A stretch of DNA of 32,000 nucleotides from Pyrolobus fumarii 1A (GTDB lineage Archaea; Thermoproteota; Thermoprotei_A; Sulfolobales; Pyrodictiaceae). Under the pieces are notes generated by a model that saw only the letters and a list, made by a program, of their open reading frames with translations, did no database searches and was not told the DNA's origin. Location of the stretch: the NCBI RefSeq assembly GCF_000223395.1, contig NC_015931.1, forward strand, positions 1,470,001-1,502,000, given 5' to 3'. The stretch's first letter is position 1; each line of letters starts with the position of its first letter. Positions 16,531 to 25,780 of the stretch are shown here, piece after piece. The position numbers and the translations under genes are program-made.

Positions 16531-17304
16531 TTACTCTCCCTCTTCTCTCAGCTCCTCTTCAAAGACGCCGCGCCTAGTCACTCTTAGCACCTTGTTATGG
16601 TAGACTATGATACCCTTGTCGGTTATCACGAACGGATGACGCCTCATTGAGTGGCTAGTGCCTCTCATCTTCCAGACTATGAGGCTGCGCTTTAACTCAC
16701 CCTCAATCTCGTCTAGATCAAGGCGTATGATTCCATCGGCAGCGTGCTCTACGCCGGGACCGCCGAAGCCGCGCTCAGTAACTGACACTTGGCTTATCAG
16801 TAGGCTTGTTGTGCCCAGGCCGCTAAGAACGCGCTTCAGCATCATTACGACGCTCCTGGCTACACTTGGCCTTGTGAGGTAGAGGGTTGAGACAGAGTCT
16901 ATGACGACTCTCTGGGCACCAATGTCACGAATAGCCTCCTTAAGTACGTCTATCAGTAGGCCGACGTCAGTAGGATCTCTCACCACATACCTTTCCCTCT
17001 TAGCGGCTTCACCAATGCCGCCGGTGAACGCATCAATAATTGCAAACATGCCTTCGCGCTCATACGGTCTAACGTCCCAGCCGAACTGTTGCATATTGAT
17101 CCTGATCTGGACGGGGTGCTCCTCCAGCGCGACTAGTATACCAGGCTCGCCCATCTGGAGGCCATTCCAGAGGTATTGCTGTCCGAAGATTGTCTTGCCG
17201 GTGCCGGGGCCGCCGCTAATTAACACGACATTTCTCTTTGGTATGCCTCCATGCAGTATCTCATCCATACCAGGTATTCCTGTCTTTACACGCTCAACGG
17301 GCAT
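16531..17304 (-). CDS. KaiC-like / RecA-superfamily ATPase (single domain)
   Basis: '[30 protein letters not shown]' (Walker A) and 'RVVIDSVS' (Walker B). The layout is typical of archaeal KaiC/RadA-like proteins. Confidence 0.8.
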   Translation of the reverse strand: MPVERVKTGIPGMDEILHGGIPKRNVVLISGGPGTGKTIFGQQYLWNGLQMGEPGILVALEEHPVQIRINMQQFGWDVRPYEREGMFAIIDAFTGGIGEAAKRERYVVRDPTDVGLLIDVLKEAIRDIGAQRVVIDSVSTLYLTRPSVARSVVMMLKRVLSGLGTTSLLISQVSVTERGFGGPGVEHAADGIIRLDLDEIEGELKRSLIVWKMRGTSHSMRRHPFVITDKGIIVYHNKVLRVTRRGVFEEELREEGE

Positions 17305-17368
17305 ACGCCCTACACCCTAGTCATTTTACACTAAACGAGGCTATAAAGACGAGACCGTAGTATGAGAA

Positions 17369-17782
17369 CTACGCGATATCCACTTGCAGTGTGTACCCAT
17401 TCTCTTCGAGTATGCGCCAAAAATCGTCGACGCTAGTAATAATGTACCTCTTTGGTACTCTGTCGTTCTCTACCTTAACACCCTCTATGCGCAGAAGCTT
17501 CTCCTTGACCTTTGGCCCGCCAAGTGAGAATCCGTGGATATCGCCGCTAGCTGATACGACGCGGTGGCAAGGGATGAGTATAGGATACTTGTTTGCGCGC
17601 ATTAGTGAACCCACTGCGCGTGGAGAGGTGTTAGCCAGTCTAGCTAGTAGCGAGTAGGTGACAACACGGCCCGGAGGGATCATGGAGAGGAGCAGGTAGA
17701 CTACCCATGCTTTAAGGCGTCGAGGATCTCTGGGTGGATTGTTGAGGAGTTTTACGCCTTCGAGGATGTCGCTAGTAGCCAA
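17369..17782 (-). CDS. ogt: MGMT-family methylated-DNA--protein-cysteine methyltransferase (C-terminal domain type)
   Basis: Active-site 'IPCHRVV' preceded by 'TYSLLARLANTSPRAVGSLMRANKYP' (HTH). TTG start. There is no canonical N-terminal domain, and about 45 extra C-terminal residues follow the core. Confidence 0.75.
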   Translation of the reverse strand: MATSDILEGVKLLNNPPRDPRRLKAWVVYLLLSMIPPGRVVTYSLLARLANTSPRAVGSLMRANKYPILIPCHRVVSASGDIHGFSLGGPKVKEKLLRIEGVKVENDRVPKRYIITSVDDFWRILEENGYTLQVDIA

Positions 17783-17858
17783 GGCGTATTTCCCACAGTT
17801 GTGATGGAAGAAAGTCTAAGGGCGTCCATAAATCGCTGCTATTGGCCATGTAACCGTG

Positions 17859-19100
17859 TTAGCTCTTCTCGGCCATCTCTAGCAGCAGTTTTGCAGCTTC
17901 GCTGGAGCTGCTAGCGTGTAGCATTTTCGTGGAAGCTCTCAGCATAGCATCCGGGTCTTTTAGTGCATGACCTGTGGCCACGAGCACTACAGTATCGTTG
18001 TTGCCTATGGTGCCATCCTCAACGAGTTTCAGAAGGCCTGCTAGGCTCGATGCGCCGGCAGGCTCGGCTCCAACACCCTCCATCGAGGCAAGCATCCTCA
18101 TAGCCGAGAGTATCTCATCATCACTTACTTTTGTGAAGAGACCGCCGCTCTCCTTTACAGCTCTCAGAGCTTTCATCCAGTTTACCGGGCGTCCTATCCG
18201 TATTGCTGTGGCGACGGTCTCCGGTTTGTCGACAAACAATGGTTTATCGAGACCTTTCTCGAAGGCAGTCGCAAGCGGGGCTGCACCCTCTGCCTGCACT
18301 CCGACCATTCTCGGCAGTTTGTCTATGAGACCTGCCTTGTGCAGCTCATTGAACCCCTTCCAGATGGCTGATATGTTGCCCCCGTTGCCGACAGGCACTA
18401 TAACGAAATCGGGGACGCCTATCTCTTCCGCAATCTCAAACGCGATCGTTTTCTGGCCCTCGAGTCTCCAAGGATTGAAGCTGTTGAACGGGTATATCCC
18501 GCCTTTGCTTGCCTCTACAGCGTCCTGCACAGCTTTCATCGCATCATCGAAGCTACCATCGACCTCTATTATGGTGGCGCCGTAGAGTATGCTCTGTCCA
18601 AGCTTGCCCTTTGCCACCTTGCCCTTCGGAAGCACGAGTACCATTTTCAGCCCAGCTCTCGCGGTGTAAGCGGCTGCGCTGCTGGCAGTGTTGCCGGTCG
18701 AAGCAGCAGCTACGAGCTTCACACGTAACGACCTGGCTATGGAGGCGATGACAGTCATTCCACGATCCTTGAAGCTTCCCGTGGGGTTCGCACCCTCAAA
18801 CTTGACATACACGCGCGGTGCAACGCCATAACGATCGCGAAGCCAAGCCTCGATGTTCTCACAGCGTATGAGTGGTGTCCCCCCCTCCCCCATTGTAACT
18901 GGCTTGACGTCATCCGAGACTGGCAGCAGAGGCCTATACCTCCAAACACCTCTTCCACGGAAAGAAGACCATGATACACCCTCGACCGGCACCAACACCT
19001 CTAGTAGGCTTCCACATTTGCGGCACTTGAACAGGAACGGATCGGGCTCGTAAATCTCGCCACAGTTAACGCAGCGTAGCACAACGCCGCGCCGGAACAT
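17859..19100 (-). CDS. thrC: Threonine synthase
   Basis: PLP lysine motif 'PTGSFKDRG', an N-terminal zinc ribbon 'CVNCGE...CRKCGS' and 'VPVGNGGN'. The ORF is open to 19208. ATG 19100 (MFRRGVVLRCVNCG) avoids overlap with the upstream gene. Confidence 0.9.
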   Translation of the reverse strand: MFRRGVVLRCVNCGEIYEPDPFLFKCRKCGSLLEVLVPVEGVSWSSFRGRGVWRYRPLLPVSDDVKPVTMGEGGTPLIRCENIEAWLRDRYGVAPRVYVKFEGANPTGSFKDRGMTVIASIARSLRVKLVAAASTGNTASSAAAYTARAGLKMVLVLPKGKVAKGKLGQSILYGATIIEVDGSFDDAMKAVQDAVEASKGGIYPFNSFNPWRLEGQKTIAFEIAEEIGVPDFVIVPVGNGGNISAIWKGFNELHKAGLIDKLPRMVGVQAEGAAPLATAFEKGLDKPLFVDKPETVATAIRIGRPVNWMKALRAVKESGGLFTKVSDDEILSAMRMLASMEGVGAEPAGASSLAGLLKLVEDGTIGNNDTVVLVATGHALKDPDAMLRASTKMLHASSSSEAAKLLLEMAEKS

Positions 19101-19152
19101 CCACAACGCCAAGGGGTTACAATACCCAGCACTACTCCAGGCGTCTCTCCCC

Positions 19153-19908
19153 CTATAACAGCCCCCCGGTCTCCCACGCGTAAACACGTAACCAGCTAGG
19201 AGCTTCACCCTCTATGCAAACACGCACTTTGTTCTCTCCACGCAGCCTCCTAATACTATCAAGGCACTTTGTTGCTAGTGAGGCAGCTCTCCTAGCCGAG
19301 TAAGAGAACCCAATGCCAGCCTTAGCGTCCTCGCTCTCAACGACGTCAATAAGGGTCTCGAGGGCATCCCTATCAAAGGGCAGCAATACTATGATATTGT
19401 CGCCGCCTAGATACGATACCAGAGCGCCATAATCTGAGAGGCTATCTACAAGCTTGTACCGCAACTCCTCTATCCGCAGGTACGACGCGTACAATCCATG
19501 CTCGGCTGCAAACCCAGTTATATCATCTATATCCACATGTGCAAGCAGAAGAGCATCGCTACCCTCTTTGCAACCCTCGCCTCTAAACCCTCTATCTAGG
19601 GCACCAGCTGGCGTCTCGTCGCAACCAATGCGAAGCTCTACGGGCACCGGCGAAACTCTAGAAATGGCGGCCTTCAGAGCCTCTAGCTTGAAACCTGGCA
19701 CGCCGGATGCGGCGACGAGGATAACATCATGTCTAAATGGTATTGCTATGCCGCCAGCTAGTGCAGCCTCAACACTAGTCATGCTGTGAAGCTCGCCTTG
19801 TTTTGACTGGATGAGCCACTCTCTATCCTCGCCGAGACTCTCTGTCCATTCGCGATACCCCTTTAACACGTAAAGCGCCAGGCGCACCACAAAGCCCAAA
19901 GCCCTCAC
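19153..19908 (-). CDS. arfA: GTP cyclohydrolase III (archaeal riboflavin/F420 branch)
   Basis: 'LAHVDIDDITG', 'LGGDNIIVL' and 'KAGIGFS' match M. jannaschii MJ0145-type blocks (LAHVDINDITG, GGDNF, KAGIGIG) as I recall them. GTG start; alternatives are at 19890 and 19887. Confidence 0.75.
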   Translation of the reverse strand: MRALGFVVRLALYVLKGYREWTESLGEDREWLIQSKQGELHSMTSVEAALAGGIAIPFRHDVILVAASGVPGFKLEALKAAISRVSPVPVELRIGCDETPAGALDRGFRGEGCKEGSDALLLAHVDIDDITGFAAEHGLYASYLRIEELRYKLVDSLSDYGALVSYLGGDNIIVLLPFDRDALETLIDVVESEDAKAGIGFSYSARRAASLATKCLDSIRRLRGENKVRVCIEGEAPSWLRVYAWETGGLL

Positions 19909-20062
19909 CGTCCACCATAGACATGGTTGTGATGAACGCGCCGGAAGCGAACCCCGGCCCGAGGTTTAAACCGGTGACGTAAGCCGGGTTGGCTGAGCCG
20001 CGTTACTCTCTCAGCTCCAGACCCCTACGAGAATGCGCATTTTTCCGATGAATAGGTCTCTC

Positions 20063-20067
20063 AAAAA
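20063..20067 (-). terminator. T5 tract (minus strand) downstream of ilvC
   Basis: The plus strand reads CAAAAAC, so the minus strand reads GTTTTTG. It lies about 57 nt after the ilvC stop in an AT-rich spacer. Confidence 0.25.
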
Positions 20068-20123
20068 CAGGGATAACTATGTGTTAAATATTTTGAGAAC
20101 GATGATCGAGATGTGTAGCTATG

Positions 20124-21125
20124 CTACTGGTTGCTCTGCTCTTCGCGGAAGATTATCTTCCTTAGCTCGCGTCCAACCCTCTCTATCGGATGGTTGGATA
20201 CTTCTTCGAGGAGTTGCTTGAGAGTTGGCATACCTCTGCGATACTCCTCAACCCATTCTTTTGCAAACTCGCCGCTTATCACGCGTTGTGCCGCTCTCTT
20301 CATATTCTCTTTGACATGTTCGTCGATCACCTTTGGCCCTACGGTTAATCCACCGTAACGCGCGGTCTCCGATACGTTCTCTAGCATGCCGCGGATACCG
20401 TACCTCCATATGAGGTCCATGATTAGCTTAGCCTCGTTGAGGACCTCGAAATAGGCGACCTCCGGCTGGTAGCCGAGCTCCACAAGCACCTCGAAACCCT
20501 TCTTTATGAGCTCCATTAACCCGCCTACGAGTACGGTTTGCTCGCCTATGAGATCAGTCTCAGTCTCCTCCTTGAAAGTTGTGAGTATGACGCCTGCTCT
20601 GGTACAGCCTATCCCCTTGGCTATCGCTAGTGCATAGTCGAGAGCTCTTCCCGAGTAATCTTGGTGTACTGCCACGAGTGCCGGCACACCATAGCCCTTC
20701 ATGAACATCTCGCGTACCATGTAGCCTGGGCTCTTGGGAGCAACCATCACGACATCCACATACTCCGGTGGCTTGATGAGACCAAAGTGTATGTTAAAGC
20801 CGTGTGCGAAATCAACCACCATGCCCTCGCGGAGATGGGGCTCTATTTGCTTCTTCCAAACCTCTGGCTGAACCATATCTGGTATCAACATGAGAATCAC
20901 ATCGGCCCTCTTCACAGCCTCGTCGATAGGGTAGACTTCGAATCCCTCCTGCTTGGCCAGGTTCCAAGAGCGTCCTCCGGGCCTAACGCCGATTATCACG
21001 TTAAGGCCGCTATCACGGAGGTTCAGGGCTTGCGCTCTACCTTGGCTACCATAACCGATTACTGCGATAGTCTTGTCTTTGAGTACATCAAGCGAGGCAT
21101 CCTTATCCGTGAATATCTTCGCCAT
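20124..21125 (-). CDS. ilvC: Ketol-acid reductoisomerase
   Basis: '[21 protein letters not shown]' plus the conserved C-terminal knotted-domain blocks. ATG 21125 ([10 protein letters not shown]) is preferred over 21155 because a minus-strand TATA-like CTTTATC at 21160-21166 would otherwise lie only a few nt upstream of the start codon. Confidence 0.95.
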   Translation of the reverse strand: MAKIFTDKDASLDVLKDKTIAVIGYGSQGRAQALNLRDSGLNVIIGVRPGGRSWNLAKQEGFEVYPIDEAVKRADVILMLIPDMVQPEVWKKQIEPHLREGMVVDFAHGFNIHFGLIKPPEYVDVVMVAPKSPGYMVREMFMKGYGVPALVAVHQDYSGRALDYALAIAKGIGCTRAGVILTTFKEETETDLIGEQTVLVGGLMELIKKGFEVLVELGYQPEVAYFEVLNEAKLIMDLIWRYGIRGMLENVSETARYGGLTVGPKVIDEHVKENMKRAAQRVISGEFAKEWVEEYRRGMPTLKQLLEEVSNHPIERVGRELRKIIFREEQSNQ

Positions 21126-21176
21126 GCAGGGTCCACCGCGGGACTTACCACCCACCCACGATAAAGCAGTGAGCCG

Positions 21177-22151
21177 GTGCTGAGGTTGAAGCGGGAGGAG
21201 CTTCTACGCGAACCCGTGAAGGACGTCACGATAGACCCTGATATGAGCATCTCGAGGCTGATAAAGATATACGAGGATATGTACGGATTCATGGCTGGTC
21301 ACTTGGCACGTGCCGTCAAAGTGCTAGCCAGGGCGCTACGCGAAGCAAGATGGAGGTTCCTAGCGTTTACGGGCAACCTTGTAGCGACGGGTCTCCGCGG
21401 TATACTCGCGCAGGCTATACGCGAGGAGCTATTCAACGTTGTCGTGACAACGTGCGGCACCATAGATCATGATATTGCCCGTGGGACGGGCGGCAAGTAC
21501 TACAAAGGCCTATTTGAGGCGGATGATAAGATGCTCAAAGAGCTCGAGATACATAGGTTGGGTAACATATTCATTCCTGTTGAGGATTATGGGCCAAGGA
21601 TAGAAAAGTTCGTCTACAAAGTTCTCGATGAGCTTGACCGGTCCAGGTCCTGGGGCATACGGGAAGTACTACACGAGATCGGCAAGAGGATCGAAGACGA
21701 GCATAGCATACTAAGAGCGGCTTACGAGAAGAACGTTGGAGTCTATGTACCCGGGTGGCTTGATGGCGCATTCGGCACAGCTCTATTCACGTACACAAGG
21801 ACGCACAAGGATCTCGTCATAGACCCATTCAAGGACGAGCAGGAGCTTGCGGATATCGTGTTCGGTGCTGCGGCGCGCGGAGAGAAGAGTGCAGCTCTAA
21901 TCATAGGAGGTGGTATAAGCAAGCACCACACCATATGGTGGAATCAGTTCAAGGATGGTCTTGACTTCGTAGTGTATGTGACTACAGCGGTAGAGTACGA
22001 CGGGAGTCTAAGTGGTGCTCATCCGCGCGAAGCGATATCATGGGGCAAGGTTAGGCCAGAGGCGGAACACGTGGTTGTATACGGGGATGCGACAATAATA
22101 GTACCCCTACTCGTAGCGGCTATGATCGAAGTCAAGCGCGGAGGTCGCTAA
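21177..22151 (+). CDS. dys: Deoxyhypusine synthase
   Basis: '[12 protein letters not shown]', '[11 protein letters not shown]' and 'IGGGISKHH' motifs. GTG start. Confidence 0.9.
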   Translation: MLRLKREELLREPVKDVTIDPDMSISRLIKIYEDMYGFMAGHLARAVKVLARALREARWRFLAFTGNLVATGLRGILAQAIREELFNVVVTTCGTIDHDIARGTGGKYYKGLFEADDKMLKELEIHRLGNIFIPVEDYGPRIEKFVYKVLDELDRSRSWGIREVLHEIGKRIEDEHSILRAAYEKNVGVYVPGWLDGAFGTALFTYTRTHKDLVIDPFKDEQELADIVFGAAARGEKSAALIIGGGISKHHTIWWNQFKDGLDFVVYVTTAVEYDGSLSGAHPREAISWGKVRPEAEHVVVYGDATIIVPLLVAAMIEVKRGGR

Positions 22152-22671
22152 CACCTTTTATGTACAAATATATCGTTCTTTCTAAGCTGCCCGTGTAGTG
22201 TTTCTCGACGTGTACGGGCCGCCACCCTGGTATCTCGAAATCGAGCGTCACCACTCTCGTACCTATCCTAAGCTCCCTCTCTAGCTTCGGTCTTAACGCG
22301 CTATTCACGCGCGTCAAGAGATACATGTAGACGACTGTTGCATCCCTAAGGTCGACATTCATGAAGCTATCGTGGATGAACTTTATACGCTCATAGACTC
22401 CTTCCTCACGCGCTCTTCTCATGGCCTCTTTGATTAGATCTTCGCGTATCTCTATGCACACGCCCTTGGCCCCCCTCTTTGCAGCCTCTATGACAACACG
22501 TCCATCTCCACAGCCCAGGTCGTAGAACACATCGTCGGGGCCAACGCGTGCTATCCTCATTACGTGTTTTAGTAGCTCGCGGCGTGTAGGCACCCATGGT
22601 ACATCGTAACTGTCAAGCCTGGATATGGGTAGCAGTGCTAGCCAGCCAAGCGTCACTCTCGGCGGCATCAC
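22132..22671 (-). CDS. Class I SAM-dependent methyltransferase, crenarchaeal aKMT-like protein lysine methyltransferase
   Basis: 'VPWVPT', 'VFYDLGCGDGRVVIEAA', 'ATVVYMYLLTRVNSALRPKLEREL', 'LDFEIPGW' and 'TIYLYIKG' parallel Sulfolobus aKMT blocks as I recall them. The N-terminal ~24 residues may not be translated. Confidence 0.6.
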   Translation of the reverse strand: MMPPRVTLGWLALLPISRLDSYDVPWVPTRRELLKHVMRIARVGPDDVFYDLGCGDGRVVIEAAKRGAKGVCIEIREDLIKEAMRRAREEGVYERIKFIHDSFMNVDLRDATVVYMYLLTRVNSALRPKLERELRIGTRVVTLDFEIPGWRPVHVEKHYTGSLERTIYLYIKGVSDLRA

Positions 22672-22729
22672 GGTACCGGCCCCCGTCCAGGGGATACTCG
22701 CGAGCTTATGAGGTCTATACGCGTATGTC

Positions 22730-24034
22730 GTGTGCCGGACTAACCCCGTATTACTAGGGCGTAAGGGTGTACCCTTATCCGGTGATGTGGTGAGCTGGAG
22801 AGAGCTGCTGCCGAGGCTGAATGAGGGTGACGAGATACTAGAGAGGTTGAGGCTAGAGTTTGTCGACGAGTATTTCGGTTCTAAACTAGCTGAGGCTTAC
22901 GAGTGGGTCAGGGTACTGAAAGAGGTCGCAGAGAGGGCCTCAAGAACTGTTGGTGCAGAGGGTGTGTTATGGACAAAGGAACTGAAGAGCTTTCTTGCTG
23001 ACCCGCGGCGCCACCTGGCCAAGAAGCTCTACATCTACGCGCTGGACCTCCAGCGCTCTAAGCTAAAGCCGGAGGAGTTCGAAAAGGTTGCACTTGCGGC
23101 GGCTAGGACCAGTCTAAACACCAACATGAGGAGTATATACCAGGCTTGGGTCTTCCTTGTAGTAGTGGAGACCCTCGGTCGCAATAATAGAGCGAAAATA
23201 GTCTTTCCTGAGCACGGTCACATCCTGCTTGAGAGGAGTGGAAGACAGAGAGGCGGCACTATACCACCTAACCTTGTGTTGTTGCTCGAAGGGCGTGGCT
23301 ACCTCAGCTTCTTCATCGAGGCTCCTAGGCCGATAGGCTGGGGCGATAACGCTGATCTCGCGAAAGCCTGGAGGCTCTATGTGGCGTTGCGTCCCGATAT
23401 GATGGTGTACAGCGGGAAAGTGCTCAACATGGTCGAAGCGGGGCGTAACCCGCCGATTCGCCGGCCAAACGTCATCATAGAGTGTAAGGAGTTGCCGGAC
23501 TGGTATGCAAGGGTTCGCGAAATTCGCGGTCCTTTCGCGAGGCCGATGAGCGGCGTTGAGTGGAGGAATAGATGGCTGCGGGGACTCTGGGCCGGTCTAG
23601 CAGATGTGTTGGGTGTTGAGACTCCCGAGAAGGCGTATCAGGCTGTCAAGGAGCGTAGAGGGCTCCGGTTATCCGAGCCACAGATAGTCAAGCTATATGC
23701 GCGTATATATAAGCCGGACAAGCTGTACCTAGTCTCTCGTGCCAAGGTGCCGCAGAGGATACGAGAGAACCTAGAGGATAAGCAAATAGTTGTTATTGAT
23801 GGCGTTGGTTTCGACCCGCGTGGTTTGGAGGAGCTAGCCAACGAGCTTGCAAAGATGGCCAGCTATGGCTCATCGGGCGAGACTATTGAAGTAGATGGTG
23901 AGACCGCGACCATGCTTGCAAGGTTAGCGTCTGCGCTTGGCCTTGAGAGCGTGGCGCAGGTGGTAAAGCTTCTAGCGAGGTATGGTATGACACGGTTAGA
24001 GGAGCTAAGACGTCTTGCAGGGAGTAGCGTCTAG
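22730..24034 (+). CDS. Conserved-looking hypothetical protein with a PD-(D/E)xK nuclease-like motif
   Basis: 434-aa ORF with good coding character. The candidate restriction-endonuclease-fold triad is 'VVVETLG' (E147), 'LRPDMMVY' (D223) and 'VIIECKE' (E251, K253). The start is GTG 22730, or 22787/22790. The 3' end overlaps the next gene by 20 nt. Confidence 0.5.
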   Translation: MCRTNPVLLGRKGVPLSGDVVSWRELLPRLNEGDEILERLRLEFVDEYFGSKLAEAYEWVRVLKEVAERASRTVGAEGVLWTKELKSFLADPRRHLAKKLYIYALDLQRSKLKPEEFEKVALAAARTSLNTNMRSIYQAWVFLVVVETLGRNNRAKIVFPEHGHILLERSGRQRGGTIPPNLVLLLEGRGYLSFFIEAPRPIGWGDNADLAKAWRLYVALRPDMMVYSGKVLNMVEAGRNPPIRRPNVIIECKELPDWYARVREIRGPFARPMSGVEWRNRWLRGLWAGLADVLGVETPEKAYQAVKERRGLRLSEPQIVKLYARIYKPDKLYLVSRAKVPQRIRENLEDKQIVVIDGVGFDPRGLEELANELAKMASYGSSGETIEVDGETATMLARLASALGLESVAQVVKLLARYGMTRLEELRRLAGSSV

Positions 24035-24743
24035 GATAGAATGGGATGAGCTGCTCAACCACCTTTCAAGCATAATCGATGTGTATGATTATATGAACCG
24101 TGTCATGAGTCTGGGCTTAGATGAGGGTGTTCGTGAGGCTTTTGTAAAGAAGCTTGGCGAGTATTGCCAAAAACCACGTGTGATGCTTGATGTTGGTTGC
24201 GGCCCGGGCACTCTATCGAGAAAACTAGCCAAGCTGGGCGCATACATCATAGCCGTTGACCCGTTGCAGCCCATGATAAAGGAGGCCAAGGCGAGGCTAA
24301 GGGATGTCCTTGCTGACTATGTAGTGGCAGTGGGGGAGAGGCTCCCCCTGCGTGATAAGAGTGTAGATGCCGCTGTGGCGGCGTTCTCTCTACGCGACTT
24401 TGTCGACTGGAGGAGGGGGTTGCACGAGTTCAGCAGGGTGGTTAAAAGCTGCTACGCGATTCTCGATATAGCCCGTCGACGTGGCTTCATGCTGCTACTC
24501 CAGCTCCTCTGGTGGGGCGGGATAGTGCCACTAGCGGCTCTAATACTAGCGAAGAAACACCCGGGGCACTATATCGCGCTCGCCAAGACTATAGCACGCT
24601 GGGTTACACCCGACGAGCTTGCAAAGGAGGCGCGCAAGGAGGCATATAGGGTGGTGCTTGAGCGTGTTGCAGGAGGTTTCGCGTTCCAACTCTTCGTGCT
24701 CGTGCACTCCCACGAGCGTCGCGGTTATACTCAGCGGGGCTAG
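24015..24743 (+). CDS. UbiE/MenG-family SAM-dependent (quinone) methyltransferase
   Basis: 'IIDVYDYMNRVMSLGLDEGVREAF' is a UbiE-type YDxMN..S.G block. 'LDVGCGPGT' is SAM motif I. A TTG start is implied, because the first ATG lies inside the conserved block. Confidence 0.65.
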   Translation: MQGVASRIEWDELLNHLSSIIDVYDYMNRVMSLGLDEGVREAFVKKLGEYCQKPRVMLDVGCGPGTLSRKLAKLGAYIIAVDPLQPMIKEAKARLRDVLADYVVAVGERLPLRDKSVDAAVAAFSLRDFVDWRRGLHEFSRVVKSCYAILDIARRRGFMLLLQLLWWGGIVPLAALILAKKHPGHYIALAKTIARWVTPDELAKEARKEAYRVVLERVAGGFAFQLFVLVHSHERRGYTQRG

Positions 24744-25278
24744 TGGTATAAGATACGGTCTGAGGCTCCTCGAGGTGCTTAGAGGGAGGGTTAAACTCTA
24801 TGCGGTGTACACGAAAGCTGCTGAGCAGGTAGCTCGCTACGAGGAGGGTATTGAAAATCTGCGCTCTGTTCTCGAGAGGATGGCTGATGAAGTGTACAGC
24901 GAAGATGAGATAGAGGCTCCGTTAGCATCTTCGAGCCGTGTGCCGGATGCAGTTGTTGTAGCGCCGTGCTCGCAAACGATGTTAGCAAAGATTGCCAGTG
25001 GGATAGGCGATACTCTCGCGTCGCGTCTAGCTCTAAACGCGCTTAGGCTTAGACGCAGAACTGTGCTCGTGTTCCGCGAGACGCCAATAACGGCTATAGA
25101 CGCGCTCAACATGATGATAGCTAGTCTTGCTGGTGCCGTAGTGCTGCCTGCATCGCCAGCTTTCTATCACAAGCCCAGGGACATACAAGGAATCGTGGAT
25201 TTCGTAGTAGGGAAAGTGCTTGATGTGTTAGGGATACCACATGAACTCTACAAACGTTGGGATCCTCAACAGCACTAA
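24664..25278 (+). CDS. ubiX: Flavin prenyltransferase UbiX
   Basis: 'ILSGASGIRYGLRLLEVL', 'VVAPCSQTMLAKIASGIGDTL' and 'RETP' motifs. The ORF is open from 24619. The nearest plausible start upstream of the conserved N-terminus is GTG 24664, so the start is uncertain. Confidence 0.85.
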   Translation: MLQEVSRSNSSCSCTPTSVAVILSGASGIRYGLRLLEVLRGRVKLYAVYTKAAEQVARYEEGIENLRSVLERMADEVYSEDEIEAPLASSSRVPDAVVVAPCSQTMLAKIASGIGDTLASRLALNALRLRRRTVLVFRETPITAIDALNMMIASLAGAVVLPASPAFYHKPRDIQGIVDFVVGKVLDVLGIPHELYKRWDPQQH

Positions 25279-25694
25279 AGCATGTCCTCGTCGACCTCGA
25301 ATCCGTGCTTCCGCATTATCCTCTCGGCTCTTCTCAGCTCCTCCTCTTCCTTCTTCAGCTCCTCTAGTATCTCCTTTTCAACCTCCTCTGCGCTCTTGCT
25401 GCCCTTCTCCTTAGCATAGGCGCATGTACCGTCCGGCAGCAATGCGTGCATGGCGCAAGCTGCATATTGGCAATCCGGGCCTATGCAGGGTCCACCAACC
25501 ATCCTACATAGTGCGACGCGCTGCATGCGGCCACGGACGATGCGCCTCGTTATTGTCAACGCTTTATTCATGCAACGGAAGTACGGGCATAGAGGATTGC
25601 AGCGCCCGTTAGGCAGTGGTTGTGGCTGAGGACGCTTACCGGGGCCACCACCACGTCTACTAGTAGGACCTCCGGGCCCTGCGGGCCTACTCAT
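25275..25694 (-). CDS. Hypothetical 8-Cys protein with a Gly/Pro/Arg-rich N-terminus and an acidic coiled C-terminus
   Basis: 139 aa. The Cys pattern is C32-x3-C36-x4-C41 ... C63-x6-C70-x4-C75-x4-C80-x10-C91. The N-terminus is 'PGGPTSRRGGGPGKRPQPQP' and the C-terminus is 'EILEELKKEEEELRRAE'. Confidence 0.5.
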   Translation of the reverse strand: MSRPAGPGGPTSRRGGGPGKRPQPQPLPNGRCNPLCPYFRCMNKALTITRRIVRGRMQRVALCRMVGGPCIGPDCQYAACAMHALLPDGTCAYAKEKGSKSAEEVEKEILEELKKEEEELRRAERIMRKHGFEVDEDML

Positions 25695-25780
25695 AGCACC
25701 TCACCGGTTCCGAGCATCTGGTTGGACCCACTCCAGCTTGGAAGGGGCCGCGCTAGGATTTATCCTATGTGAGTGTATGT

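Noticed and set aside
16287-17304. RHH protein plus KaiC-like ATPase as a two-gene regulatory or toxin-antitoxin-like module.
   Set aside because: The genes are convergent, with stops 7 nt apart, not co-oriented. They cannot be an operon, and nothing else links them.
17974-18585. 203-aa plus-strand ORF antisense to thrC, and the similar 20661-21164 ORF antisense to ilvC.
   Set aside because: The opposite strands encode complete, motif-rich ThrC and IlvC. These are shadow ORFs with Ser/Pro/Leu-biased composition.
17859-19100. The N-terminal CxxC...CxxC zinc ribbon on threonine synthase as a novelty.
   Set aside because: From memory, this ribbon is a common feature of archaeal and thermophile ThrC N-termini, so it is not unusual.
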